DNA of 64,000 nucleotides from Spirochaetia bacterium (GTDB taxonomy: Bacteria; Spirochaetota; Spirochaetia; DSM-27196; Salinispiraceae): assembly GCA_038204425.1 (NCBI GenBank), contig JBBRCZ010000007.1, positions 1 through 64,000 on the forward strand. Direction: 5' to 3'. The notes below the pieces were generated by a model. The model searched no databases. It was not told the origin of the DNA and worked only from the letters and a program-made list of their open reading frames with translations. Of this stretch, positions 45,516-55,385 are shown piece after piece (position 1 is the stretch's first letter; each line of letters begins with the position of its first letter). Position numbers and translations under genes: made by a program.

Positions 45516-47114
45516 TTACATTTTGTAGAAGAACCGTGGGTTGTGAATATCTATAATATTCTCATACCAACCGCCCCACTTGCTAGTGTCAATCATATTA
45601 TTTGTTGTATTGAAATACAGAGGAATTACCGCTTGTTCTTGATCGACCAGAATTTTTTCGGCTTGTGCCAGGACTTCCAATCGCTCTTTGCCAAGTTCCA
45701 TAGTGTCGGACTTCGCTAGTAAGGCGTCAAATTCTTTGTTGAGCCAGGCCCCGACATTGAGTGGGCTGGAACTCTGGAATATCTCCAAGAAGGTAAAAGG
45801 ATCCAAGTACTCGCCTATCCAGCCCGAGCGCGCTATCTGAAACTTATTAGCACGTCTTGATTCCAAAAAGCTATTCCACTCTTGGCTTTTGAGCACCACT
45901 TTGACGCCAATCTGGCCAAGCTGAGCTTGCACAAACTGGGCACTAAGCTGGTGATTACTTGCGTTGTTATAGAGTAAGGTTATCTCCGGCAAACCCTTGC
46001 CCTGAGGATAACCGGCTTGCGCCAGAAGCGCCTTGGCTTTTTCTAGATCAAAAGTAGTTTCGGCTATACCTGAGTTGGCTGCCAAGCTTGGTACCAAACT
46101 ATAAGCAGGTATGTATGACCCGCGACTAACCTGGTCAACCAGCTTTTGCCGATCAATGGCTGCAGAAATAGCCTGCCTCAGTAATCGTTTATTTAGCAGC
46201 TCGTCATTGAGGTTAAAGACGTAGAACAAACTAGAAAACAAAGGGGAGTTTCTAAAGTCTTTGCGACTGCGTGCCTCATCCAACTTGTCAAAAGGCACGG
46301 TGTTGATCCAGTCCACCTTGTTCTGCACAAGTAAGTTCCAAGCCGTGCTGGCGTTTTCTACGAGCAGATAATTGACTTGGTTTATTTTGACATTCTCAGC
46401 ATCCCAGTAATTGGAATTTTTTATCAAAACGATTTTTTCTTTTGGCTTCCATTCTTTGAGCTTAAAGGCCGCAGCGGTCACCAAATTTTCTGCCAGAGTC
46501 CAGTCTCTTCCATGTTTTTCAATAACATGCACCGGCACAACGGAAAAAGCCGGATGGGTAAGAGCCGACAGTGCGTAGGGCATCGGTTTGGCTAGTTTAA
46601 ACCAAAAAGTTTTGTCGTCTAGTGCTTTTACAGCAACTTTAGAGCGAGCAGCAGCCAATGCTTCTTTTGAACTTGCCTCGGGACGCAAGCGATGGTACTC
46701 AGCGGCGCCCTTAACAAACATTACTGGCAGCCAAGCATATTGAGCATCACTAGCAGGGTCGATGACACGCAACCAGGATTGCACCACGTCGTTAGCCGTT
46801 AGCGGCCTTGCGTCTGACCATTGCGCGGGTCGCAACTTAAAGGTGTACTCTGTCTTATCGGGGCTAAGTGTCCAGCTCTCGGCCAAGCCGTTGATAGGCT
46901 CACCAGTTTTGGGGTCGTTGATTACCAAGCCCTCAAAGAGAGCGCTTGCAAGCTGTACATCAACCGAACCTGCTACTAGGCTTGGATCAAGACTAGTGGG
47001 CTCAGATGCGATGGTTAACGAAAATTCAGCAGAACCAGCGTTGCCGATGGTACAAGCGGACACGATCAGCGAGGCCAGACTTAAAAAAAACGCCGCGCGT
47101 AACTTTATGTTCAT
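45516..47114 (-). CDS. oppA: Oligopeptide ABC substrate-binding lipoprotein
   Basis: Lipobox VSA-C, EPTSLDP, LFEGL, WSDARPLTA, RSGWIGEYLDP and IPLY. Confidence 0.9.
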   Translation of the reverse strand: MNIKLRAAFFLSLASLIVSACTIGNAGSAEFSLTIASEPTSLDPSLVAGSVDVQLASALFEGLVINDPKTGEPINGLAESWTLSPDKTEYTFKLRPAQWSDARPLTANDVVQSWLRVIDPASDAQYAWLPVMFVKGAAEYHRLRPEASSKEALAAARSKVAVKALDDKTFWFKLAKPMPYALSALTHPAFSVVPVHVIEKHGRDWTLAENLVTAAAFKLKEWKPKEKIVLIKNSNYWDAENVKINQVNYLLVENASTAWNLLVQNKVDWINTVPFDKLDEARSRKDFRNSPLFSSLFYVFNLNDELLNKRLLRQAISAAIDRQKLVDQVSRGSYIPAYSLVPSLAANSGIAETTFDLEKAKALLAQAGYPQGKGLPEITLLYNNASNHQLSAQFVQAQLGQIGVKVVLKSQEWNSFLESRRANKFQIARSGWIGEYLDPFTFLEIFQSSSPLNVGAWLNKEFDALLAKSDTMELGKERLEVLAQAEKILVDQEQAVIPLYFNTTNNMIDTSKWGGWYENIIDIHNPRFFYKM

Positions 47115-47201
47115 GCAATTCATCCTTAGAAAGGTTCTTAACGTTTCTATGATATACACAAGATTGGGGTCTCTACCAGTACTGACGGTTAAATCTGCTA
47201 C

Positions 47202-48644
47202 TTAGGTACGGCTCTTTCTTTGTTGAAGCTTAATTTTTAGTCCCATAGTGGATTCTTTTATCTGCCCACAACTCTGCAAAAAATCTACAAAAATATCAAA
47301 AAGCACCGGATCCAATTTACCGGCCTTTACCGGTTGCTCAGACATGTATTCCAAAGCTTGTTCTGGACTAAGCGCATTTTTATAGGCACGCGACGAGTCT
47401 GTCATGGCATCATAAATATCAACAACGGCGCACATCTCTGTGGGCAAAAAGCCAAGCGCCAAACCTGCGTGATAGTCTTCAGTAGTTGCACAGATGCAGC
47501 GAATCGCTTCCTCAATTTTACGTATGCCCTTTTGACGCTCAAGCCTCGTTACTGAGTAGCCATCCTTGTGGAAAAGAGCATTGTGATGATCGCCGGCGAT
47601 TAACCGCGCCGCTTCGTGGTCTACGCCAAAGTTCATTATAATTAGTCCAGCACTCAAAAAAACGTGTTGTCGGACTTCTTGAGAACTGTATTCGGCGTCA
47701 CTCTCAAAGTAATCAAGATTGGCCATTTTACCTATGTCGTGTAAAAAGGCGCCCAACGCATACTCTTTTAGGTCAGTGTTTTCTATAAATGGTAGCTGCA
47801 ATAAATTGTCAGAAACGTAGTATTGAGGCAGTAGATTGGGCAACAAAGCTTTGTATGCAGTTAAGTAGCTAGGGGCAAAAACCAGACGCAAATTTTGGCC
47901 TAGGCGGTTGTGATGGAGAGAGTTGTAGTAGTGCAAGAAACTAGTCATCATAGAAAAGACTCGCACAATGTGGTTGAGAGTCTGACCATTTGCCAATGAC
48001 TTAAAACATTCAAACAGGCTTGCCGTCAGCTGCGACTCCTCAACAATGTCAACCACTTGGTTTACAATTTCGCGAGTCTCCAATGCTATGGTTTTTTCGG
48101 CTATGCCAATATCGATCTTTTTTAGCTTTAGACTAGCCTTGTTGATCAAAAAGGTTTGCTCGACAGCGCTCACGATGGTTTTTGCTTTTTCCATGGCAGG
48201 TACGCCACTTTGAGCCAGAGCCTGCAGTGCAATTCTAATTCCCTGCACTTGTTCCAGTCGCTCTTGAGCACTCAGCGAAAGCATAAGTTCGAGTTTAGCC
48301 GCATAGGGATCCACTTGCATGGCACTGGGTTTGGCTAGATCGACCATACGTGGGGCTTTTCCAGTCAAATGGATAGTCCAATCTTTGGGCAAAATAAACT
48401 GCTTTAATTGGACTTGTTCGATATCCAAAAGCCTGAGTTCCTCATAACTAATCGGCTCGACACCTACTTGTCCAGCTTCCAATTTGCGAATGTGAAAAAT
48501 AGGAACGTGTGTTTCTTGCAGTTCGTTTAAGTGCTCGAGCAGGTAGGCTCCGCTGACTGCGAGCGAGTTGCCTTGGCCGTGTTCGGCGGTCTTAAGCCGC
48601 ATAGAATCCAAAAGTCGTGCCTGATCGTCAATGCTCATAGTCAT
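47202..48644 (-). CDS. HD-GYP-like metal-dependent phosphohydrolase
   Basis: NHIVRV, FLHDIGK, QHV, DHH...DGYS, VDIYDAMT..RAYK and LDP. Confidence 0.8.
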   Translation of the reverse strand: MTMSIDDQARLLDSMRLKTAEHGQGNSLAVSGAYLLEHLNELQETHVPIFHIRKLEAGQVGVEPISYEELRLLDIEQVQLKQFILPKDWTIHLTGKAPRMVDLAKPSAMQVDPYAAKLELMLSLSAQERLEQVQGIRIALQALAQSGVPAMEKAKTIVSAVEQTFLINKASLKLKKIDIGIAEKTIALETREIVNQVVDIVEESQLTASLFECFKSLANGQTLNHIVRVFSMMTSFLHYYNSLHHNRLGQNLRLVFAPSYLTAYKALLPNLLPQYYVSDNLLQLPFIENTDLKEYALGAFLHDIGKMANLDYFESDAEYSSQEVRQHVFLSAGLIIMNFGVDHEAARLIAGDHHNALFHKDGYSVTRLERQKGIRKIEEAIRCICATTEDYHAGLALGFLPTEMCAVVDIYDAMTDSSRAYKNALSPEQALEYMSEQPVKAGKLDPVLFDIFVDFLQSCGQIKESTMGLKIKLQQRKSRT

Positions 48645-48678
48645 ACACCCCATGTAAGTGTAGTACAAGTTAAGCGAC

Positions 48679-49680
48679 TCATGGTTTACTAAAGAGTACA
48701 ATGTCTAAGGAATTTCCACTCAAATGGGGATAGTACTGATAGTCGTTGGCTAATAGGTTTGCCGTTTGTTCGTTCCAAAACTCGTTTCCAGCGGTCGCAA
48801 AGGCAAAGAGCTCTTGAATAGTAATTCTGTTGTCAAAATTGGCATCAGCATTGAGCTTACCATTGGTATTTTGTCCAGCACGTAGTATCCAATTAGTGAC
48901 AACACCATGCTCATAGTCTTGATTTTCCCATGCTTCCTCACTAGGTCCTGATGATGCAAAAACCCAAACATTGGGCTGCTGGGTACTATTGCCAGCGGGA
49001 CCAGAAAAATAATGACTCAAACTATCAAACAAAAGTGTCTTGTCGTTGAGCGGCTCACCCAAGTCGGGATTTTGACTAAAGTTGTCTGGCAATGGGCTAA
49101 CATAAGTTTGGTTGTTTACAAAACCGCCGGAGTTACAGCTGTCCAAAATAAAGATCAGGTTTACGTTTTTTTCTTGCAAGGGTCTAAACAGCTCGGCGAG
49201 CTCTGAGGTGTTGATCATTTCATCCCAAACCAGATCAAAGGAAAAATTTGCCGGGTTGTAACTACCGTAAGGCAAGATCCAACAATCTAATCCCTGTCCG
49301 GGCCGAGAGATTTCTCCACCGTGACCCGACCAGTAAAACAATATGCGTTCACCGCTTTGGACTGTTGATGCGAGATTGGCTATGTCGGCTGCAAGCTGGC
49401 TTTTGCTGGCTTGGGAATCTCTGCGTGCTGTTACGTCCCAACCAAAGCCGCCAAGCATGGATTCCATGCCGTCTACGTCATTAACCGGCCATGCCAGGTT
49501 TGGCGAGGTGCCTTGTGAAACCAAAGGCCGATAGATGGTGACGCCGTACAAAAGCGCTGTTTTTTTGCTACTGGTTTGGGGCCAAGGATCACAAGCGCCC
49601 AGTAGAGCTACTATTAGAAGTACAGCAATAAACATCAAATTTTGACTATATCCGCATTTCTTAGCCATGTTCGCCTTCAT
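48679..49680 (-). CDS. Caspase-family (peptidase C14) lipoprotein
   Basis: Lipobox LGA-C, ALLYGV, catalytic dyad WSGHG and LDSCNSG, ASS...EEAWE...HGVVT. Confidence 0.88.
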   Translation of the reverse strand: MKANMAKKCGYSQNLMFIAVLLIVALLGACDPWPQTSSKKTALLYGVTIYRPLVSQGTSPNLAWPVNDVDGMESMLGGFGWDVTARRDSQASKSQLAADIANLASTVQSGERILFYWSGHGGEISRPGQGLDCWILPYGSYNPANFSFDLVWDEMINTSELAELFRPLQEKNVNLIFILDSCNSGGFVNNQTYVSPLPDNFSQNPDLGEPLNDKTLLFDSLSHYFSGPAGNSTQQPNVWVFASSGPSEEAWENQDYEHGVVTNWILRAGQNTNGKLNADANFDNRITIQELFAFATAGNEFWNEQTANLLANDYQYYPHLSGNSLDIVLFSKP

Positions 49681-49842
49681 CTTCACTTCTCCCACCCATC
49701 CAAAAAAACCTTAGCAAGCCAGTAAAGTATAACACACAGCCTCTAAAACGTGTTCGGATTCTTCTTTATATCTAGTCGATATCACCCAGATAGTTTCATG
49801 CCCTAACGACGGAGCCACTTGTTCAACACTTATATGCATTGA

Positions 49843-50961
49843 CTAAGCTTTCTTGACATGAAGTGCCAACAGGACGGCATCCAGCGCCTTAAAAAATGGA
49901 CGTAGAGCCAGCCAGGTCTCGAGAGGTTTCATACATCGTGCGCGTAGTGATTCTATGGCAATACATGCAAAAAAAATGCCCACTATAACTACGGGCATGA
50001 GAGCAAGCGCATGAATTGGATTAGCTTGGTTAATCTGATCCAGTTGCAAAACAGTCTTGTAGATTACCGAACGAACATAGGGGTGGTCGTGGATCAAGTA
50101 AACGCCCAGCACAAGTGGAGCACAGAAAAATACCAATCGTGCCTTTATGGTCAGGCTTTTGAAAAAGAAGAACAGGGCAATCGCCGAAAAGTACAAGAGA
50201 GGGCTGTTGTAGGCAAAGGCCCGGTTAAAAACCCGCGACCAATCTTGAGTTTGGATAGAAAATGCGGCGATTGTAAACATGGCTGCTGTCGAAAGCAACC
50301 ATAACAAGGCATAGACCCAACGCGATTTTACCAGGTGGTATCGCTTGAGCCAAGCTCCCAGCAAATAGAGCGTGATAAAATTGAACAAAGAATAGCCATT
50401 AAATCCCCAGATGGTTGCGGTCGCATAGTAAAAGCCCATGCCGATTTCCAAAAGCAAAAAACCAATCAGGAGCATAGTAAAGTGCTTTTTATTAAGACCG
50501 TTTATCAAGTGATTGAGAAGCGGGCTTAGCAACATCAAGAAAACGTAGGTACTTATAAACCACCAAACGTTGTTGGAGATTGGCAATAGCATTGCCAAAA
50601 CACTGGCTTCTGCAAACTTGACCCTGCCCAAAATCATAAACAAGATTCCCAAAACTATTGAATAGAATAGAGCCTGACTGGAGAGTTTCACTAAGGCATT
50701 TGTCTTGAGTTTGATAGAATAATAGCCTGATATTAGTACAAAGGCATCGACTGCAACGACAAAAATGCTATTGAGTGCCAGCTTGATCCACGAATCAAAC
50801 TGCATGTTGCTGCCATCGTAGAGGCCAATTCCGTGCACCATAACATGGTGACCAATTATGAAAAGCATCAAAACGCAGCGCAAAAGTTCAACGCCACCCT
50901 CGCGAGGCAGTGGCAAACCAAGGCTGGCTACCGGGGCTAAATTTTCTTTAGTGTCTGACAT
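49843..50961 (-). CDS. Acyltransferase family 3 (OafA-like) membrane protein
   Basis: VELLR...HH, VDAFVLISGY, WWFISTY and GVYLIHD; about ten TM segments. Confidence 0.88.
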   Translation of the reverse strand: MSDTKENLAPVASLGLPLPREGGVELLRCVLMLFIIGHHVMVHGIGLYDGSNMQFDSWIKLALNSIFVVAVDAFVLISGYYSIKLKTNALVKLSSQALFYSIVLGILFMILGRVKFAEASVLAMLLPISNNVWWFISTYVFLMLLSPLLNHLINGLNKKHFTMLLIGFLLLEIGMGFYYATATIWGFNGYSLFNFITLYLLGAWLKRYHLVKSRWVYALLWLLSTAAMFTIAAFSIQTQDWSRVFNRAFAYNSPLLYFSAIALFFFFKSLTIKARLVFFCAPLVLGVYLIHDHPYVRSVIYKTVLQLDQINQANPIHALALMPVVIVGIFFACIAIESLRARCMKPLETWLALRPFFKALDAVLLALHVKKA

Positions 50962-51065
50962 GGTTCTACTATAGTAGCTGACTTTGAGCCGGTCAATCTT
51001 GTGAGCCGCACAAAATTGAACTATACTTGCTGGGTAACTTAAACTCAGCTTTTCAGGAGAAATCT

Positions 51066-53207
51066 ATGTCGGACAATAACAAACCTCTAGCATTTCGCAA
51101 CACAGATTTGTCCCTTGATGTCCGCATTGCCGACCTAATTGCTCAGTTGACCATAGACGAAAAAATAGCTCAACTCTTACACGAAGCGCCTGCAATTGAG
51201 CGCTTGGACATCAAGCCCTACAGTTGGTGGAACGAAGCGCTGCATGGCGTAGCACGAGCTGGTTCTGCAACCATTTTTCCGCAAGCAATTGCACTTGCTT
51301 CCACCTTTGATCGTAATCTTGTTGGCCAGATTGCTAGCGTGATCTCCGATGAAGCGCGAGCGAAGTACGAAATCTGGGCCAAAAAAGGTAGATCTGGGCG
51401 CTATCTTGGGCTAACCTTTTGGACACCCAACATTAACATTTTTCGTGACCCACGCTGGGGCCGAGGTCAAGAAACCTATGGTGAGGATCCTTATTTGACG
51501 GGAGAAATTGGCGTTGAGTTTGTACGAGGGCTGCAGGGTGACGATCCGCACTATTTAAAGACGGCCGCCTGTGCCAAACATTTTGCCGTTCACTCAGGAC
51601 CAGAAAAAGTGCGCCACGTTTTTGACGCCAAAGCAAGTCCCTATGATTTGGAAGATACCTACTTGCCAGCATTTAAAAAGCTTGTGGAAGAAGCAAAAGT
51701 AGAAAGCGTGATGGGCGCGTACAATCGCACCAATGGCGAACCATGCTGCGGCAGCAAATTTTTGCTGGTCGACATTTTACGCAAAAAGTGGGGATTTAAA
51801 GGCCATGTTGTCAGCGATTGCTGGGCCTTAGTCGACTTTCACACCACCCACAAAGTTACCTCGAGTCCGGCAGAATCAGCTGCCTTGGCACTAAAGATGG
51901 GTTGCGACCTCAACTGCGGCTGTACCTTTCCACACTTGGTGGACGCCTTGGTGCAAGGCTTGGTTGTAGAAGCTGACATAGACTTGGCACTTAGCCGTTT
52001 GCTTTCTACGCGTTTTAGACTAGGAGAATTTGACCCTCCCGCTCAGGTTGCCTACCGACACTTGAGTCCGTCGCTCATCAGATGTCAAAAACACTTGGAC
52101 TTAAGCTATGAGGCGGCAATCGCTTCAATGGTTCTGCTCAAGAATGACGGACTACTGCCACTCAAAAAAGAAGCTATAAATTCGATCTATTTGACCGGGC
52201 CCAATGCCATTAGTGTGGAAGCCTTGATTGGCAACTATTATGGCCTCAGTCCGCGCATGGTCACTTTTGTTGAGGGCCTGTGCGAGGAAGCCGGCATCGA
52301 TATAAAGTTTGAGTTTAGGCACGGTTCCTTACTGACTGGTGAAAAACAAATAGAAAGTGACTGGGCCGCTTTTGAAGTCAAAGAGTTTGACCTAACGATA
52401 GCATTTATGGGGCTCAACTTGCTTCTGGAAGGTGAAGAAGGCGATTCGATAGCAGCTACTGCGCAAGAATCGGGAGATCGGGCCGACCTTGGATTACCCA
52501 AGGGCCAACACGACTTTTTGAGCAAGATTATGCACCTTGGCAAGCCAATAATCTTAGTTGTTAGTGCGGGCTGCCCTATTGACCTCTCGCCGTACTATGA
52601 GCATGTTGCGGCCATAGTTTACTCGTGGTACCCCGGCGAACTTGGTGGCAAGGCGCTGTCTGACTTGCTGTTTGGCAAGCGAGATTTTAGTGGTAAGTTG
52701 CCGCTTACCTTTCCCATGCATGTAAGTGACTTGCCGGCTTATGACGATTACAGCATGCAAGGTCGAACCTACCGCTATGCCCAAACTAAGCCGATGTTTC
52801 CCTTTGGTTTTGGCTTATCCTACCAGAGTGCGCGCGTGCAAAGTTTTAAAAGCGCGGTTTCTATCATTGGCGCAAACCAAGATCTAATACTAAGTGCTAC
52901 CGTGCTCAACCCCCACGCGCACCTGCTCGATAGTGTCGTGCAAGTGTACCTTAAGAAAAAGGTAAACGGCTATACTACACCCAACTTTGAACTGGCCGGA
53001 TTTGAACGGCTGCATTTGTCAGCAGACGAAAGTCGCAACCTACAAGTGACCATAAAGGCCGAACAACTTGAGTGTATTGGGAAAGACGGCAAACGCACCT
53101 TTGTGGAAGGTGACCTTGAGGTATTTTTGGGCTTTAATCAACCCGATCTCCGTTCTCTGGAGCTTGGTTCCTCGGCGTGCAAGTCTTTGACTTTGACCAT
53201 GGCTTAG
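51066..53207 (+). CDS. Glycoside hydrolase family 3 (beta-xylosidase/glucosidase), cytoplasmic
   Basis: WWNEALHG, FRDPRWGRGQETYGEDP, KHF, nucleophile VSDCW, EGEE and an Fn3-like C-terminus. AGGAG RBS. Confidence 0.93.
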   Translation: MSDNNKPLAFRNTDLSLDVRIADLIAQLTIDEKIAQLLHEAPAIERLDIKPYSWWNEALHGVARAGSATIFPQAIALASTFDRNLVGQIASVISDEARAKYEIWAKKGRSGRYLGLTFWTPNINIFRDPRWGRGQETYGEDPYLTGEIGVEFVRGLQGDDPHYLKTAACAKHFAVHSGPEKVRHVFDAKASPYDLEDTYLPAFKKLVEEAKVESVMGAYNRTNGEPCCGSKFLLVDILRKKWGFKGHVVSDCWALVDFHTTHKVTSSPAESAALALKMGCDLNCGCTFPHLVDALVQGLVVEADIDLALSRLLSTRFRLGEFDPPAQVAYRHLSPSLIRCQKHLDLSYEAAIASMVLLKNDGLLPLKKEAINSIYLTGPNAISVEALIGNYYGLSPRMVTFVEGLCEEAGIDIKFEFRHGSLLTGEKQIESDWAAFEVKEFDLTIAFMGLNLLLEGEEGDSIAATAQESGDRADLGLPKGQHDFLSKIMHLGKPIILVVSAGCPIDLSPYYEHVAAIVYSWYPGELGGKALSDLLFGKRDFSGKLPLTFPMHVSDLPAYDDYSMQGRTYRYAQTKPMFPFGFGLSYQSARVQSFKSAVSIIGANQDLILSATVLNPHAHLLDSVVQVYLKKKVNGYTTPNFELAGFERLHLSADESRNLQVTIKAEQLECIGKDGKRTFVEGDLEVFLGFNQPDLRSLELGSSACKSLTLTMA

Positions 53208-53246
53208 GCCTTTACCAATAAGCAATATTTTCGTATCTTCTTGTCA

Positions 53247-54647
53247 ATGAAAAAAATGACAGAGGGCAATGAAGCTCGTTTGATTCTATCATTCTCAATT
53301 CCGCTCCTGTTAGGAAATGTCTTCCAACAATTGTACTCAACCGTAGATGCCATAGTGGTCGGTTTTGGTGTTGGCAAAGCAGCCTTGGCGGCCATCGGCG
53401 TAAGTTTTCCTATAATTTTTTTGATGATCTCTATCGTGGCAGGCATTTGCATGGGTACTGGCATCTTATTGTCGCAATACTACGGCGCTGGCGACACGGT
53501 CCGGCTAAGAAAAGCAATGCATACCAGCTACGTTTTTTTGTTTTATGCAAGCATAGTTGCAACCGTTGCGGGTATATTTTTGGCCGACCCTGTCTTGCGT
53601 CTGATCGGCACACCGGCTGATACTATTGATGATGCACGCTTGTTTTTGCAGATAACCTTTGCCAGCATGGTCTTTGTTTTTGGCTACAACGCCACCACCT
53701 CGGTGATGCGCTCCTTGGGCGACTCCAAAAATCCACTCTACTTTATAGCTATCTCAAGCCTGCTCAATGTGGCTCTCGACATACTTTTTGTGTTGGGATT
53801 TGGCTGGGGCATTGCCGGTGCCGCCTGGGCTACCTTTATTTCCCAAGCAGTTGCCTTCTTTATTTCCTTGGTCTTTTTGCAGCGTTCCAAGCATACGGTC
53901 TTCCGCATTAGCTGGAAGGAACTGCGCATCGATCGCATAGAGCTTTCCAAAATACTCAGGCTCAGCACACCAACTGCGCTGCAAATGGGACTAGTTTCGT
54001 TGTCCTTTATTGCTATGACCGGACTGATTACCCCGTTTGGCACCGACGTGATTGCTGGCTACACTATGGCAAGCCGGCTCGACAGCTTTGCGGTATTGCC
54101 AGCCATGACACTCAGCATCGCAATCAGTACCTTTGTTGGCCAGAACATGGGCGCCAACAAACCAGAACGCGTGCGCAAGGGTCTCAACGCTACCTTGGCT
54201 ATCGGTATAGGTATATCGGTGGCAATTTCACTCTTGTTTATCTTTGTACCGCGTCAACTCTTGGGTTTGTTCCTCAATGACCAAACAGTCATCAACTATG
54301 GCGCCGAATACTTAGTTATTGTCTCTTCGTTTTACGCACTATTTGCCGCTATGTTTACTCTCACCGGCGTCTTGCGTGGTGCAGGCGCGGTCGGCTTTAG
54401 CATGATAGCCACGGTTGTGGCTGTCTGGGTGGCACGTATTCCGGCCTCTTGGATACTCTCGAGTTTTATTGGTCCTGCCGGCATTTGGTGGGGTATACCG
54501 ATAGGCTGGCTTGTTGGCCTTGCCATGGTATTGGCTTACTACCTTAGCGGCCGCTGGAAGAGATTTAACCTTACCGGCAAGTCCGAGCTCAATACGCTAC
54601 AGGTAGAACCTCAAGCAAATCCGCAGACAGTGGATCCCTTTGTATGA
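53247..54647 (+). CDS. MATE family efflux transporter
   Basis: GNVFQQLYSTVD, SQYYGA, GDSKNP, GAAWAT and GQNMGA; about 12 TM segments. Confidence 0.93.
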   Translation: MKKMTEGNEARLILSFSIPLLLGNVFQQLYSTVDAIVVGFGVGKAALAAIGVSFPIIFLMISIVAGICMGTGILLSQYYGAGDTVRLRKAMHTSYVFLFYASIVATVAGIFLADPVLRLIGTPADTIDDARLFLQITFASMVFVFGYNATTSVMRSLGDSKNPLYFIAISSLLNVALDILFVLGFGWGIAGAAWATFISQAVAFFISLVFLQRSKHTVFRISWKELRIDRIELSKILRLSTPTALQMGLVSLSFIAMTGLITPFGTDVIAGYTMASRLDSFAVLPAMTLSIAISTFVGQNMGANKPERVRKGLNATLAIGIGISVAISLLFIFVPRQLLGLFLNDQTVINYGAEYLVIVSSFYALFAAMFTLTGVLRGAGAVGFSMIATVVAVWVARIPASWILSSFIGPAGIWWGIPIGWLVGLAMVLAYYLSGRWKRFNLTGKSELNTLQVEPQANPQTVDPFV

Positions 54648-55330
54648 GTACTGAAAAGCTTCGCGAGCTGGCAGACCGCTTTCCGGCGGCTGCTGAGTAT
54701 TTGAGCAACTTGGCCCTAATTGAACGCGACTACGGCTCGAGCTCAAACAGTCGCATTGCAGCCTGGATGCAGGTCAGTGCGCCAGCCGTCACACAGTCAA
54801 TTGGTAGACTGCGCAAGCTCGGCTTGGTTGTTCAAGAGCCCTATGGAGATGTGCGCCTAACTAAAGATGGTATGGAGCTTGCGCGGCAAGTGCTCAGGCG
54901 CCACTACCTTTTGGAACATCTTTTGGTACGTATGCTCAATTTTCCGTGGGACAAGGCGGACGAAGAAGCCAAAGTTCTGCAGTCACATCTTTCTGAGGAT
55001 CTAGTCCAGCATTTGGACGACACGCTTGGCAATCCGCTCACCTGCCCGCACGGCAACCCACTGCCCGGCACGGCCGGTGAAGCCAAGTTGCTAGCAACAC
55101 CCAATCTGGCTTCGGCGCCCAACGATCAAGAACTAGTAATTGCACGCATTACCGAAGAGGGCGAGTCTATCCCCGGCATGTTGTCAGCCTGCCATCTTGC
55201 AGACATACGACCAGGTGCAAAAGTGACTATCGTTTCTCGCAACCAAGACTCACTTGTTCTCAAGCTGCAAAAAAACCCTCACTACCAGTTGCCAAAGCTC
55301 TTTGCGCTCCACATTCGCTACTGGGCCTAG
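54644..55330 (+). CDS. DtxR/MntR family transcriptional regulator with a FeoA-like C-terminal domain
   Basis: EYL, VSAPAVT HTH, LTxxG, RRHYLLE and CPHGNPLP. ATGA overlap with the MATE gene. Confidence 0.88.
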   Translation: MSTEKLRELADRFPAAAEYLSNLALIERDYGSSSNSRIAAWMQVSAPAVTQSIGRLRKLGLVVQEPYGDVRLTKDGMELARQVLRRHYLLEHLLVRMLNFPWDKADEEAKVLQSHLSEDLVQHLDDTLGNPLTCPHGNPLPGTAGEAKLLATPNLASAPNDQELVIARITEEGESIPGMLSACHLADIRPGAKVTIVSRNQDSLVLKLQKNPHYQLPKLFALHIRYWA

Positions 55331-55385
55331 CCAAATACGAGACAATTTAAGACAAATCTACTAAGGTATAAACAAGCAGTTTAGC

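Noticed and set aside
47202..49680. Caspase plus HD protein as an anti-phage defence system
   Set aside because: The caspase has a lipoprotein signal, and no gasdermin, CD-NTase, TIR or NLR-like partner is nearby.
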